A stretch of 64,000 nucleotides of DNA from the IMG/VR virus record IMGVR_UViG_3300032329_000245, positions 1,091 through 65,090 of that record, one strand, 5' to 3'. Below the pieces are notes generated by a model, which worked only from the letters and a program-made list of their open reading frames with translations, was not told the origin of the DNA and made no database searches. The position numbers and the translations under genes are program-made. The DNA is from a virus. Taxonomy: Duplodnaviria > Caudoviricetes. This document shows positions 8,476-17,443 of this stretch, piece after piece (the first letter of the stretch is position 1; each line of letters starts with the position of its first letter).

Positions 8476-10289
8476 TAACAGTCTCCATAACTTTCACCTA
8501 TTCCTGATTCACAATCTAATGGTAATGTACTAGCCCATTCGGGTCTCCAACGCATACATTCCTCTACGTATTTCTGCGCTTCTTCCGCTTCTTCTTTCGG
8601 TGCTATGCAAGCTACTGCATCATGCACTGTCAATACTACTGAGTACTTACTGCCGATTTTTAACATCTGCTCAGCAATTACACACCGAGCGATAGCCTGA
8701 CATAAGTTCTCTACGACTTTTCCACCATATATTTTAACACTACCTTTACGAGTATCATAGACATATTGATACCCATCCTTCTTTAAATTAGGATAGTTTA
8801 GGTGAAGCCCACTAGGTAGTAGGAAGCCTGATGTTGTAAGGCTAAGTGCTTGTGGTTGATACCCAACATCGTAAGTCTTTTTATTTAAGAGCGAGCCTAA
8901 TGCGCTATTGGCATCATCCCATAACTCAGGTATTTTAGGATATGTTTCACGATAGACTTTAATGATACGGTCCGCTTCTTCTTCCTCAATATCTGTCCCA
9001 AAAGTTTTTAATTGTATTTGGAATTTCTTGCTACCCATGCCATAACCTGCGCCTAGAATCGTTGTCTTTCCTACAAACCGTTCTTCGGGAGTAACTTCTG
9101 ATATATCTTTTTGGTATATACTGCTTGCCATAATCTTGTACACGTCTTCTTTTCTTTCAAACGCATCTACCAAGTCGGTTTGACCTGCCAACCAAGCAAC
9201 AGTTCTAGCTTCGATCTGACTAGAATCGGCATCTATAATTACATAACCTTCAGGGGGTATGATAGCCCTCTTTAACTTGTTCTTATGGTTTCCCCTACTA
9301 GGCAGGTTTTGTAGGTTAATCTTGTCATCGCCACCCCATCTGCCAGTATGCGCTGCGTAATATTTTATGGGTACAGGTAGTTTCCCACGCTTGGCTATGT
9401 CAATGAATCTTTGGGTTCTTGTTTCTTCTAAAGTTGTTTTTGTACCAAGCCTCGCCGACACTAATGCTTGTACTTTTGGATTAGGATGAGTCGCCAGTTC
9501 CTTGAAAGCCTCATCGGTTTTGGCAAATGCCCATGCTTCCTTACTTGTACGTAAGGAGGTTTTCTTGGGGGGTTCTACACCTAGCGACATAAGCAATTCT
9601 GCAAACTTGTCGTTGGACATAAGCGTATCTTTATCCGCTACACATGCTTGTAATAAAGCTTCTTTTTTATCTTTAACATCTTCAAGATGTTGTTCTAACA
9701 ATGGTAGATTAAACTCTAGTTGGGGTTCTACAAACATCTTTAGAGTTGTGTTTATGACTTTAAGTTCCTTGTCAGGAAACCCTGCATTAATAAATATGTT
9801 AAACAACTTGTAGGTTAGGTCTACGTCATTCTTACAGTACTCACCATACTTTTCTAACTCATCATCTAAAAAGTCTAGTCTACGTTTACCTTTAGCATCT
9901 TCTACTTCTGTACCCTTGACACCGATCTCGTATCTTTCAGCCAATGTAGCCAAGCTACCACCTGCATCCACCCCATGTAAAGCACGAGCCATGCACAGTG
10001 TATCAAGATAGCCACGAGGCTTAATGCCAAAGTACCAATTAAGAATAGCACCATCGAACTGAGTGTTGTGAGCAAGTACCAAAGAATTTGTAAAATCATG
10101 GTTGTTCCTTAAAAACTCCTTTGTGTTTTTCTTGTCACCGCTATACCAAACGGTGTCCTTGTCATTGACTTTTATGCCAACACCTATAACTTCAAACTTA
10201 TCATCTCTGATGTACTCCTCTGTTGTATGGCTTCGCAAACCATATTCTTTACTGTAATACGTTTCAAAGTCTATTGTTATTATGTTCAT
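8475..10289 (-). CDS. polA: DNA polymerase family A with 3'-5' exonuclease domain
   Basis: IDFET exo I; HTGRW, NLQNLP, DSSQIEAR (motif A), KTTILGAGYG (motif B), VHD (motif C). Confidence 0.93.
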   Translation of the reverse strand: MNIITIDFETYYSKEYGLRSHTTEEYIRDDKFEVIGVGIKVNDKDTVWYSGDKKNTKEFLRNNHDFTNSLVLAHNTQFDGAILNWYFGIKPRGYLDTLCMARALHGVDAGGSLATLAERYEIGVKGTEVEDAKGKRRLDFLDDELEKYGEYCKNDVDLTYKLFNIFINAGFPDKELKVINTTLKMFVEPQLEFNLPLLEQHLEDVKDKKEALLQACVADKDTLMSNDKFAELLMSLGVEPPKKTSLRTSKEAWAFAKTDEAFKELATHPNPKVQALVSARLGTKTTLEETRTQRFIDIAKRGKLPVPIKYYAAHTGRWGGDDKINLQNLPSRGNHKNKLKRAIIPPEGYVIIDADSSQIEARTVAWLAGQTDLVDAFERKEDVYKIMASSIYQKDISEVTPEERFVGKTTILGAGYGMGSKKFQIQLKTFGTDIEEEEADRIIKVYRETYPKIPELWDDANSALGSLLNKKTYDVGYQPQALSLTTSGFLLPSGLHLNYPNLKKDGYQYVYDTRKGSVKIYGGKVVENLCQAIARCVIAEQMLKIGSKYSVVLTVHDAVACIAPKEEAEEAQKYVEECMRWRPEWASTLPLDCESGIGESYGDC

Positions 10290-10795
10290 ATATTTTTAAA
10301 GTCCTTAATTATTTCCCAATACTCTCTTATAATACTTTTTCTTTTCGGAGGGGGGTCGTCAAATACTTTTAACTTCAATGCTGTATCCAAAGCTTGTCGC
10401 TGTTGTAATATTGCTTGTTCTAAGCTATTTGTTGTAGTAGTCCACCAAGTAGCACCTGTACCTCCGTTAGGGACTGCCAAAGACGGTGCGAGGGTCTGAC
10501 CACCCATAGCCGTACCTTGTATTGGATGCCGACCCATGAGTAAGGACTTTCCCTCGTCACTCGCTTCATCCTCTACTAATAAAGCTTGCATAACCCTAGC
10601 AGTAAATGAGTTTCTATGCTTTTCTCTAAGTTCTTTTTTAATGGCATCTTTTTCCTCAGAAGTAAAATCCTCACTATTTAAAACCATATTCAAAAGGTTA
10701 GACCATTTACTTGAAAGACCCATATTTATATCGTAGCTAAAATCTTCAGGGTTAGTCTTCAACCGTTCTATTAAAATCTTAACTCCTTCGTTCAT
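10286..10795 (-). CDS. Hypothetical protein
   Basis: 169-aa ORF, translationally coupled to its neighbours. Confidence 0.6.
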   Translation of the reverse strand: MNEGVKILIERLKTNPEDFSYDINMGLSSKWSNLLNMVLNSEDFTSEEKDAIKKELREKHRNSFTARVMQALLVEDEASDEGKSLLMGRHPIQGTAMGGQTLAPSLAVPNGGTGATWWTTTTNSLEQAILQQRQALDTALKLKVFDDPPPKRKSIIREYWEIIKDFKNI

Positions 10796-11121
10796 TTAAA
10801 CTCCTCCAAAAACTTAACAAGTTTTTTAAACTTAATACCTTCTGTAATGTATTTAACTCTAGCATCTTTTTTATCAGCGACTAGTTTAATTAGTTTCAAA
10901 TCTACAAGATGTTTTGTAATTCGTTTATGTACATTAGCAGGTGAGGCAATGTCGCTAAATTCTTTTATTGCATCCATGACTTTAAACATACGGTCTTCAG
11001 GATGGTAACTTGCCCAAACTATCTGCAACCTACCTAGCATGATTAAGTCTTTACCATCTATATTAAATTTATGTGCAACGTCTTCTATTACTATTGCTAA
11101 CTCGGCTACAATGCTATTCAT
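10792..11121 (-). CDS. Putative winged-helix (MarR-like) DNA-binding protein
   Basis: SPANVHKRITKHLVDLKLIKLVADKKDARVKYI matches a MarR wing pattern (D.R.K). Confidence 0.6.
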   Translation of the reverse strand: MNSIVAELAIVIEDVAHKFNIDGKDLIMLGRLQIVWASYHPEDRMFKVMDAIKEFSDIASPANVHKRITKHLVDLKLIKLVADKKDARVKYITEGIKFKKLVKFLEEFK

Positions 11122-11332
11122 TTTCTTTCCTTAATGGTACGTAGTACCTCTGTGGTTTAGTTTTATTTTTATATAACTTTATCTTCTTTGCTTCATACAA
11201 CTCGTTTACATAATCCCTTGCTGTCATGTAGTGTACCTGCATTTCCTTAGACAACTCCTTTATGGTCTTTGGTTTACCATGCACCCTACGCATCAAGTCG
11301 GCATAACGTATTCGGCGAGGTTCAGTCTTCAT
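11114..11332 (-). CDS. Small winged-HTH DNA-binding protein
   Basis: KTIKELSKEMQVHYMTARDYVNELYEAKKI is an HTH pattern; ATG lies 1 nt from a palindrome. Confidence 0.65.
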   Translation of the reverse strand: MKTEPRRIRYADLMRRVHGKPKTIKELSKEMQVHYMTARDYVNELYEAKKIKLYKNKTKPQRYYVPLRKENE

Positions 11333-11622
11333 GTACTGTCAGACAGTATTTGCTTCACACTATTTACTGTCTCCTCGTTAACCCATAAAGCCACACCCCC
11401 TGACTTCTCAATATCTGCCAAAGCTTTGTACTGAAGAGCCGTAGGTTTGTTATCCCCTGCCTTACACTCGATACCATAAAACTTACCTTTATGACAAGCC
11501 ACAAGATCAGGCACACCTGATTTACCATAACCACCTGTTGCGGGCATGAAGTAGTATGCTCCAACTTCTTTTAAAATCTTCTTTACTTTCTCTTTTACTT
11601 TTGCTTCGGGAGTCATTAGCAC
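11329..11622 (-). CDS. VRR-NUC / Holliday-junction-resolvase-like nuclease
   Basis: TPEAKVK, GVPDLVAC, GIECKA, PTALQ pattern. Confidence 0.8.
   Translation of the reverse strand: MLMTPEAKVKEKVKKILKEVGAYYFMPATGGYGKSGVPDLVACHKGKFYGIECKAGDNKPTALQYKALADIEKSGGVALWVNEETVNSVKQILSDST
11334..11348. promoter_or_regulatory. Palindrome TACTGTC-A-GACAGTA (copy 2)
   Basis: Exact; encodes LSDS at the end of VRR-NUC and occupies the RBS position of the wHTH gene. Confidence 0.85.
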
Positions 11623-11804
11623 CTGCCATCATCTATGTCATCTATTTCTTTTTTTAATTTCAAAGTATTGTGCAGTTCAATTAATTGATATTTTAAGTCT
11701 TGGTTAGTCCTGACCGTATCATCTAATAGGGCTTTTAATTTCCTTAGTTCCGCTTGTAGGAATTTGTTTTCCGCTAATATCATGCGTATGTGTTCTTCCG
11801 TCAT
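11616..11804 (-). CDS. Small coiled-coil hypothetical protein
   Basis: Heptad-rich 62-aa ORF. Confidence 0.5.
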   Translation of the reverse strand: MTEEHIRMILAENKFLQAELRKLKALLDDTVRTNQDLKYQLIELHNTLKLKKEIDDIDDGRC

Positions 11805-11937
11805 TTAACTTCTGCCTTTCTATTGATCGTTTAATTAACTCTTTCACAACTTCTTTAAAATCTCTGTCATCATATCCATAAGGTATATGCGAGGTATCCC
11901 AAGGGTTTATTTCAAGTTCTTCTTCAGGGGTTTCCAT
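11719..11937 (-). CDS. Hypothetical protein
   Basis: 72-aa ORF with an 86-nt overlap with the downstream ORF; uncertain. Confidence 0.35.
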   Translation of the reverse strand: METPEEELEINPWDTSHIPYGYDDRDFKEVVKELIKRSIERQKLNDGRTHTHDISGKQIPTSGTKEIKSPIR

Positions 11938-12124
11938 GCTTCTGTAACAATTTAACTAACTGTTTAAGTTCCAGTATTTCAGTATTACGTTCATCTATCT
12001 TACGCATGAGACTGTCTAAGGTTTTATGTAGGATTACGTTGTCAGATGTGCGTTGCCTGTGGTCTGCCAACATCATTTCATAGAGACGGTTTGCTATATC
12101 AATTTGTTTTTCTATTGGGTTCAT
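11924..12124 (-). CDS. Small coiled-coil hypothetical protein
   Basis: Coupled ORF, 66 aa. Confidence 0.5.
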   Translation of the reverse strand: MNPIEKQIDIANRLYEMMLADHRQRTSDNVILHKTLDSLMRKIDERNTEILELKQLVKLLQKHGNP

Positions 12125-12444
12125 TTCTTTTTCCCTTTTGTTGCTTTAATGGCTACAGGCGGTGCTTGTTCGGCAACTTTTTTTGCTTCTCTATGCATCT
12201 CCATTGCTTCTGCGGATAGTGATTCTAACTTCTCTATGTATATGTCAAGCATCTCAGCACAACCCCATAATGCATTACCATGATGATTGTCACTAACACC
12301 CTCTGCAATTACTTCGATCATTGACTTAATTGAATCAATCCTAAAACCAATTGTTTCAATATCATTTGCTAACTTCCATATACTCATACTTCCTCCTATT
12401 TTGACTTTGTCTACAACATCCCAGTTAATCCAGTACTTTTCCAT
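12121..12444 (-). CDS. Hypothetical protein
   Basis: 107-aa ORF with SD AAGGAAG. Confidence 0.55.
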   Translation of the reverse strand: MEKYWINWDVVDKVKIGGSMSIWKLANDIETIGFRIDSIKSMIEVIAEGVSDNHHGNALWGCAEMLDIYIEKLESLSAEAMEMHREAKKVAEQAPPVAIKATKGKKK

Positions 12445-12503
12445 ACTTCTTCCTTAAAATGTTTAACAAACCACACATTTATTCAAAATTCAAGAATACC
12501 GAA

Positions 12504-12573
12504 CGGTAAACTTTTTCGTACACTCATACACTTTTTCATACAAAATTACCTATCGGTAAACTTTTTCGTACAC
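12504..12573. repeat. 20-bp direct repeat CGGTAAACTTTTTCGTACAC x2 with a partial third copy between
   Basis: Copies at 12504-12523 and 12554-12573; ACTTTTTCATACA at 12530-12542. Confidence 0.8.
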
Positions 12574-12589
12574 CATTGCATCTGCTAAT

Positions 12590-12781
12590 TCATTTGCAAT
12601 CATCTTCATCCCCCACAACAAAGTCCAAGTGTCCTTCAAACACAAACCCACAGCCACGCAAGAAGTCTTCAAAATGTAATACAACTTCACCTAATTCAGC
12701 AGTCTCAAACTCCATGCCAAAGTTAGCATGATGTTCTTCATATACTGTGTTGTTACGTTCTTTTGCAAATGTAAATATCAT
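12590..12781 (-). CDS. Small hypothetical phage protein
   Basis: 63-aa coupled ORF (FEDFLRGCGF motif). Confidence 0.55.
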   Translation of the reverse strand: MIFTFAKERNNTVYEEHHANFGMEFETAELGEVVLHFEDFLRGCGFVFEGHLDFVVGDEDDCK

Positions 12782-12966
12782 TTCTCACTCGCTTTCTTTA
12801 GTATTGCTCTTGCAAATTCATGTTTATCAACCACCCAATTTTGTAAATCACAATAAGGTCTTGCTACTTCTTCTATTTCTTCATCTGTTAGTTCACGATG
12901 ATAAGGATTTTGTTCGCCACAATTTTTACAAAAAGTTAATGTTCCATATGGTACAAAACTAGTCAT
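12778..12966 (-). CDS. Small protein, ELTD..I...FARAILKKASEK family (copy A)
   Basis: Last 39 nt identical to the end of the upstream gene. Confidence 0.6.
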   Translation of the reverse strand: MTSFVPYGTLTFCKNCGEQNPYHRELTDEEIEEVARPYCDLQNWVVDKHEFARAILKKASEK

Positions 12967-13262
12967 TTCTCACTCGCTTTCTTTAGTATTGCTCTTGCAA
13001 AAACAGAAATATCATCATTGCAATGTATAACCCATAGTTTGTATATTTCTTGGTCTGTTAGTTCACGCAATTTCAACGCTTCTATTTCAGCTTGTTGTTT
13101 AAAATGTCCAGTTTTCCACATTTCCAAATTTTCGTTTAATCGTTGATATTGGTCTAACAAATTTTCTATTTTTTGGGCTTGTTGACGTAGCATGGCAGAA
13201 ACTTGTTTACTATGAGCACAACAAGACCATTCATTTAAATCTGCTAGTTCATTCGCCGTCAT
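12963..13262 (-). CDS. Small protein, ELTD..I...FARAILKKASEK family (copy B; likely start 13262)
   Basis: Coiled coil plus the same C-terminal module. Confidence 0.6.
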   Translation of the reverse strand: MTANELADLNEWSCCAHSKQVSAMLRQQAQKIENLLDQYQRLNENLEMWKTGHFKQQAEIEALKLRELTDQEIYKLWVIHCNDDISVFARAILKKASEK

Positions 13263-13362
13263 TTCCCCACCCTTCAACCATATAAAGAATACCAAAAATT
13301 AAAATTAACCAGCAAACAACAAAGCCAAACATGCCAATAAAAAACCACAAAACGTCATTCAT
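13249..13362 (-). CDS. 37-aa membrane peptide (not in ORF track)
   Basis: MNDVLWFFIGMFGFVVCWLILIFGILYMVEGWGNDGE; SD GAGGAAG, coupled to neighbours. Confidence 0.45.
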   Translation of the reverse strand: MNDVLWFFIGMFGFVVCWLILIFGILYMVEGWGNDGE

Positions 13363-13532
13363 TTCTTCCTCATCTTTCTGCAATCTGCTTTCTCTTGTGG
13401 TGTGAAGTCAGGGCTAATCTCCGATAGTTCACAGTTCTTAATAATCCAATGAGTCTGCTTATCAGGTAACGATGCAAGCACCATCACAAACAGACATATA
13501 AATAAAGAAAATAAAAATGCAAATGTTTTCAT
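13359..13532 (-). CDS. 57-aa protein with N-terminal TM/signal segment (not in ORF track)
   Basis: MKTFAFLFSLFICLFVMVLASLPDK...CELSEISPDF...C; overlaps both neighbours by 4 nt. Confidence 0.5.
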   Translation of the reverse strand: MKTFAFLFSLFICLFVMVLASLPDKQTHWIIKNCELSEISPDFTPQEKADCRKMRKK

Positions 13533-13711
13533 AGCATTGCTTCCTCCATGTTCTTTAAAACATCTTTTTCCTTTTGTTGTTTAACATTCTTAAAAAATTT
13601 CATTGTCCAACCGTAAAACTTAACAAAGTGTTCTGCTTCTTCTTTGCGTTTAACTACACGCATATAACATCCTTCCTCGTCATATAGTCTGTACACATTC
13701 TTTCTCCTCAA
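13529..13711 (-). CDS. Small hypothetical protein
   Basis: 60-aa coupled ORF. Confidence 0.5.
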   Translation of the reverse strand: MRRKNVYRLYDEEGCYMRVVKRKEEAEHFVKFYGWTMKFFKNVKQQKEKDVLKNMEEAML

Positions 13712-13982
13712 TAAGTATTGGATTAGGTTTAGTTATATCAATTGTTGACCAACCCTGTGCATTGGTTATCTGCTTGTTAGATGCAATAGCTATCGCTTTC
13801 ATACGAGTATCAGCTTGCCATACATCAACAATTCTAGTAGCCGCATTGATTGCAACTTTTGCATTTTCTAAATTAACTTCGTTATTAATAGCAGAAGCCA
13901 TAATCCTTGACAACATCTCTATTAACTCTTGTGCGTTTTGAGGCGCATTAACTCTATTTTCTTGAAATCCTAACTTTGCCAT
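13680..13982 (-). CDS. Hypothetical helical protein
   Basis: 100-aa ORF in the operon. Confidence 0.55.
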   Translation of the reverse strand: MAKLGFQENRVNAPQNAQELIEMLSRIMASAINNEVNLENAKVAINAATRIVDVWQADTRMKAIAIASNKQITNAQGWSTIDITKPNPILIEEKECVQTI

Positions 13983-14451
13983 TTAAAACCCCTTTCATCT
14001 CTTCTGTTAAAATTTTTAATGTCCGTGCTTCACCTTTTAATTTTTTAAAGGTTTCTGTTTCCATATACTCACTTCTTTTATTAGAGCCTGATATCATCAA
14101 ACTTTTAAAATCGTCATACTCTAATCCACTTTTTTGTTGCGCCGTATAGAACGGTGTTTCCCAAGCGTTATCACTTACTTCTACAAACCCAACACCTAAC
14201 CTTCCATCAATACAAAAATTACCCTTAGTTCTATATTTACGAATAAACTTTGCGTTTACTACATTTAAATCTGCGTACAACGTCTTGTATATCTTTAAGT
14301 ATCTCCAGTAAATATGCTCAGCATATTCGTGTGGGCTTGCGCCTCTAAACACAACACGTTCTTCAGACAACAACTTCTCTATTTTGCTTTCTCCTTTTTT
14401 AACTTGTACTTGCCTCAATATATACCATAAAGGTATGCCCGTATGGTTCAT
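13954..14451 (-). CDS. Hypothetical protein
   Basis: 165-aa coupled ORF. Confidence 0.55.
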   Translation of the reverse strand: MNHTGIPLWYILRQVQVKKGESKIEKLLSEERVVFRGASPHEYAEHIYWRYLKIYKTLYADLNVVNAKFIRKYRTKGNFCIDGRLGVGFVEVSDNAWETPFYTAQQKSGLEYDDFKSLMISGSNKRSEYMETETFKKLKGEARTLKILTEEMKGVLNGKVRISRK

Positions 14452-14642
14452 AACAAATCCTCTTTCTTATACTTCCTTGCCAACTTATTTTTTATCTTAC
14501 GTAATGCTAACTTCTCAATATTATTTACTGTCTGCCTTTTCATACCTAAAGCTACTGCAACTTCTTCCTGCGTCATACCATCACTAGTCCATCTTTCTTG
14601 TTGGTTTCTTTTTTCTGATCCCTGCGATACCTTTTTCGGCAT
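14448..14642 (-). CDS. Sigma70 region-4-like HTH protein
   Basis: MTQEEVAVALGMKRQTVNNIEKLALRKIK. Confidence 0.7.
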   Translation of the reverse strand: MPKKVSQGSEKRNQQERWTSDGMTQEEVAVALGMKRQTVNNIEKLALRKIKNKLARKYKKEDLL

Positions 14643-14787
14643 AATTTTCCTTTTTGTTTCTTGTTACTAACATGGCATCGGCTACTAAATATGCCTCTTC
14701 CGACAGTTCACCATAATCTTGACTAATTATCAACCCCATCATGGCAAACCCCGCAAACAAATCTCTTAAATATTTTTCGTCATCCAT
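14584..14787 (-). CDS. Small hypothetical phage protein
   Basis: LRDLFAGFAM...AY.VADAML, a pattern common in small phage ORFs. Confidence 0.5.
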   Translation of the reverse strand: MDDEKYLRDLFAGFAMMGLIISQDYGELSEEAYLVADAMLVTRNKKENYAEKGIAGIRKKKPTRKMD

Positions 14788-15071
14788 CCTTCAATTTCCT
14801 CTAATTTAGGTAATACATAATTTCCAAGTGTCGCCAGTTTCTGCCATTCTGATAACGTAAGCCCAATGTGGTAAGAATCATTAAGCATTTTTTTACCTAA
14901 GTTTTTAACCTCGTGACCTGTACCTACCACATTTAAAAGCATTATTTTATCTTTCAGGAACTTTGGCATCTCGTTTAGCCATAGACATTGGGGCTTGTGT
15001 TTAAGCCCACCAACTAGACAGACACCACCGTTGTCTTGTATTTCAACTCTTGTAGAGTATAGTTTATTCAA
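14766..15071 (-). CDS. Hypothetical protein
   Basis: 101-aa ORF with TTG start, SD AGGAG and an upstream promoter. Confidence 0.55.
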   Translation of the reverse strand: MNKLYSTRVEIQDNGGVCLVGGLKHKPQCLWLNEMPKFLKDKIMLLNVVGTGHEVKNLGKKMLNDSYHIGLTLSEWQKLATLGNYVLPKLEEIEGWMTKNI

Positions 15072-15109
15072 TTCTCTTACTCCTAAATATTGTATTTATA
15101 TTTAAAACT

Positions 15110-15139
15110 ATTATAAATCTAACAATATTTAACTGTCAA
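15110..15139 (-). promoter_or_regulatory. sigma70 promoter
   Basis: TTGACA-18bp-TATAAT on the minus strand. Confidence 0.7.
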
Positions 15140-15956
15140 TGTAAATGAAAAAAGAATCTAACTTTCTAAACCCAACTTCAGGTATAAAAAATTCATCGCC
15201 ACCCATACGCAATAAAGCCATGCGTTGTTGTTGAGTTTCTGTCAACTCGTTTACAGAATTGAGTTCTTTGTACTCGCTATCTTTGAATCCCTTATACAGT
15301 ATCTTATCTTTAAAGAAATACACAACATCATAGGTAGGTTCTTTCTTACTTTTCTCCTGATGCTCAGCGTATAACTTCATATTGTCTACTGCTTTTATAA
15401 ACGCACTTGTTTTAAATACAACATTTTGAGAAACAAGATTACATAACTCTTCATATACATCTTGATAATCTAATCTAAAACTAGCAGTTGCATGTGAAAA
15501 TTCGTGCGACCAAGCCTTGTGCCTATCTTGTGCTAGTTCTTTATTTGAATGTAATAGTTCACTCCAATCAAATGGTTTTATTTTATCTACTGCTATCTTA
15601 ATAATGTTTTCCATCTTCTTGCTTGAGTTGGAATGATGGTCTGATCTTGACCACTGACTATATTTGGCATTGGTAATTAACCTTGAAAAAACATTGTAGG
15701 TAGTCTCCTTCCTGTAACCCCTGCTATATGAAACAGAACCTGTAACAGTATTTTTGTATGTACTACCTGTATACAGAAGCCGTTCATCATGGAAGTCTAG
15801 TAACCATCTACCCACATCTGCGTTTTTAAGTTCCTTACCTTTTACTACTAAGGTAAACGGTATAGTGCTATGCTTTAACTGAAACTTCTTTAGAAACTCA
15901 GCCATCTCAGGGTTTAACTTACTTACATCTAAATCATCACTTATCTTTAACATCAT
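15129..15956 (-). CDS. Hypothetical protein (likely start 15956, MMLKIS)
   Basis: ~275-aa ORF with SD AAGGAG before 15956. Confidence 0.65.
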   Translation of the reverse strand: MMLKISDDLDVSKLNPEMAEFLKKFQLKHSTIPFTLVVKGKELKNADVGRWLLDFHDERLLYTGSTYKNTVTGSVSYSRGYRKETTYNVFSRLITNAKYSQWSRSDHHSNSSKKMENIIKIAVDKIKPFDWSELLHSNKELAQDRHKAWSHEFSHATASFRLDYQDVYEELCNLVSQNVVFKTSAFIKAVDNMKLYAEHQEKSKKEPTYDVVYFFKDKILYKGFKDSEYKELNSVNELTETQQQRMALLRMGGDEFFIPEVGFRKLDSFFIYIDS

Positions 15957-16200
15957 CTTCTCCTTGTAGGTGTATTGTATATAAACCATCTTTAAACTTA
16001 ATACTGTCGGACAGTATTTTGCATATGGGTTCGGGTAGTTTGGTTAGGTTTTTTCTTGTCCTCCATGTTTTTTCAGTAATGCCGTCTTCTTTAACTCTTT
16101 GGAGGTCATATAAACCACCTTTATTACCATGCTTACCGATTGCCCAAACTTCCCCACGTTCATCTTTTACCCAATCGCCATATTTCAGTGCTTTCATCAA
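15937..16200 (-). CDS. Small SH3/KOW-like protein (paralog of 18595..18843)
   Basis: GDWV...LTKLP...ILSDSI shared with 18595..18843. Confidence 0.55.
   Translation of the reverse strand: MMKALKYGDWVKDERGEVWAIGKHGNKGGLYDLQRVKEDGITEKTWRTRKNLTKLPEPICKILSDSIKFKDGLYTIHLQGEDDVKDK
16002..16016. promoter_or_regulatory. Palindrome TACTGTC-G-GACAGTA (copy 3)
   Basis: Exact; intragenic, 45 bp before the 15956 start. Confidence 0.85.
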
Positions 16201-17036
16201 AACATATCCAAGATAGCATCTACCTTAGACTTCACGCTTGATCGAATAGCCTCTGAATCACGAACATGACTAGGCTCAATACCTTTCAATGCTTCTTCTA
16301 ACTTAACTCTAGCCAACTCCAACTTAGGGTCTTTGGTAATATTAAGTCCACTCAACAGAGATGTAAGTTCAGTAGCGTTGGTTATAGTGCTATCCCAAAA
16401 CTTCTTCTTAGACTCATCTGTGTAATCTAACCTCTCACTGATATGCGTAAGTACAGTATGCAACCTATCCCATGCATCGGACATAGCGTTGTTAAGTTTC
16501 TCGTTGTAATACTGTTCGTATTGTTGTTGTAGTTCACGCTTAGACTCTTCCTCAACATCTATTCTGAAATCACCCATCTCAGGTACAGGGATAAATGCGT
16601 ACTTGAATTTAAACTTGGAAGTCAAATCCTCAGCAGTAGGGTACTCACCTCGGTCAAACAAATCCCCTAATGTAAATGCCGATGATGATACAAGCGTTGG
16701 GTATTCAGTAATAAAATCAGTTACAGCATTACTAAATTGATTCTCAAAGTTGTTGAGAGTTTGCTTGTACTCAAAGAAGTTCTTCATAGGTAATAACCGT
16801 GAGCCACCATCTGACCAAGGTAAGGTTTGTGAATAGTGCCAAGTGCGTAAAGCCGTAACGATCTTTTGAATCTGCTCTAGTTTGTCCGACCCTGCCAACA
16901 ACTTCTTGTTGTAGTTACCTGCCTTTGCACGAGTACCCTTTGATGCATCAATCTCTTCGGATACCTTCTTGTCTAACTTACGACCTGTCCATACAGATAG
17001 GTTCAAATCTACTAACATCGCATTGCTTCCAATCAT
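16197..17036 (-). CDS. Helical protein of the AAA+/vWA module (DUF3150-like, tentative)
   Basis: LVDLNLSVWTGRKLDK...LPWSDGGSRLLP...FRID pattern; sits beside vWA and AAA+ genes. Family assignment from memory. Confidence 0.5.
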   Translation of the reverse strand: MIGSNAMLVDLNLSVWTGRKLDKKVSEEIDASKGTRAKAGNYNKKLLAGSDKLEQIQKIVTALRTWHYSQTLPWSDGGSRLLPMKNFFEYKQTLNNFENQFSNAVTDFITEYPTLVSSSAFTLGDLFDRGEYPTAEDLTSKFKFKYAFIPVPEMGDFRIDVEEESKRELQQQYEQYYNEKLNNAMSDAWDRLHTVLTHISERLDYTDESKKKFWDSTITNATELTSLLSGLNITKDPKLELARVKLEEALKGIEPSHVRDSEAIRSSVKSKVDAILDMF

Positions 17037-17070
17037 GGTAATTCTCCTTCGTTTTTGGTTAAGTTAAAAA

Positions 17071-17232
17071 TCAAATACTGTCTGACAGTATTTTGTTACA
17101 CATCATTTCTAATGCTTGTGAATGGGTTAGTGCGAACCCCATCTGTTGTTCCAACTTCTTCTTTGCTTCTCTAAACTTGTTTTTAGTTTCTACACGCAAC
17201 ATTAGCGTTTCAAATCCATTAGCAACTGCCAT
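17071..17232 (-). CDS. 53-aa putative ribbon-helix-helix DNA-binding protein (not in ORF track)
   Basis: MAVANGFETLMLRVETKNKFREAKKKLEQQMGFALTHSQALEMMCNKILSDSI; SD GGGGAG; strand-helix-helix pattern. Confidence 0.55.
   Translation of the reverse strand: MAVANGFETLMLRVETKNKFREAKKKLEQQMGFALTHSQALEMMCNKILSDSI
17076..17090. promoter_or_regulatory. Palindrome TACTGTC-T-GACAGTA (copy 4)
   Basis: Exact, extended to 21 bp by AAA/TTT flanks; 39 bp before the 17036 start. Confidence 0.85.
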
Positions 17233-17443
17233 AATCATCTCCCATTAATTTAACTAATCCTTTTGCTTCAGAGTAAAGTAAGTCTTTAGAAACAACTTGA
17301 TAGAACTCATCAATCCTCTCGTTAAAAGAATTTGGGATAGCCGAGATAAAGAACTTACCTGTCTTACCTTTGATTACCCCAAACCGTTTGCCCATTTTTT
17401 CTTTTAGTTGGGCATCTAAATCAAACACGCTAGTCTCCGACAT
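17219..17443 (-). CDS. Small hypothetical protein
   Basis: 74-aa coupled ORF. Confidence 0.5.
   Translation of the reverse strand: MSETSVFDLDAQLKEKMGKRFGVIKGKTGKFFISAIPNSFNERIDEFYQVVSKDLLYSEAKGLVKLMGDDYGSC

Noticed and set aside
11365-14540. Half-sites TACTGTCT (11365) and TACTGTCTG (14526)
   Set aside because: The right arm does not match, so they were not counted as operators.
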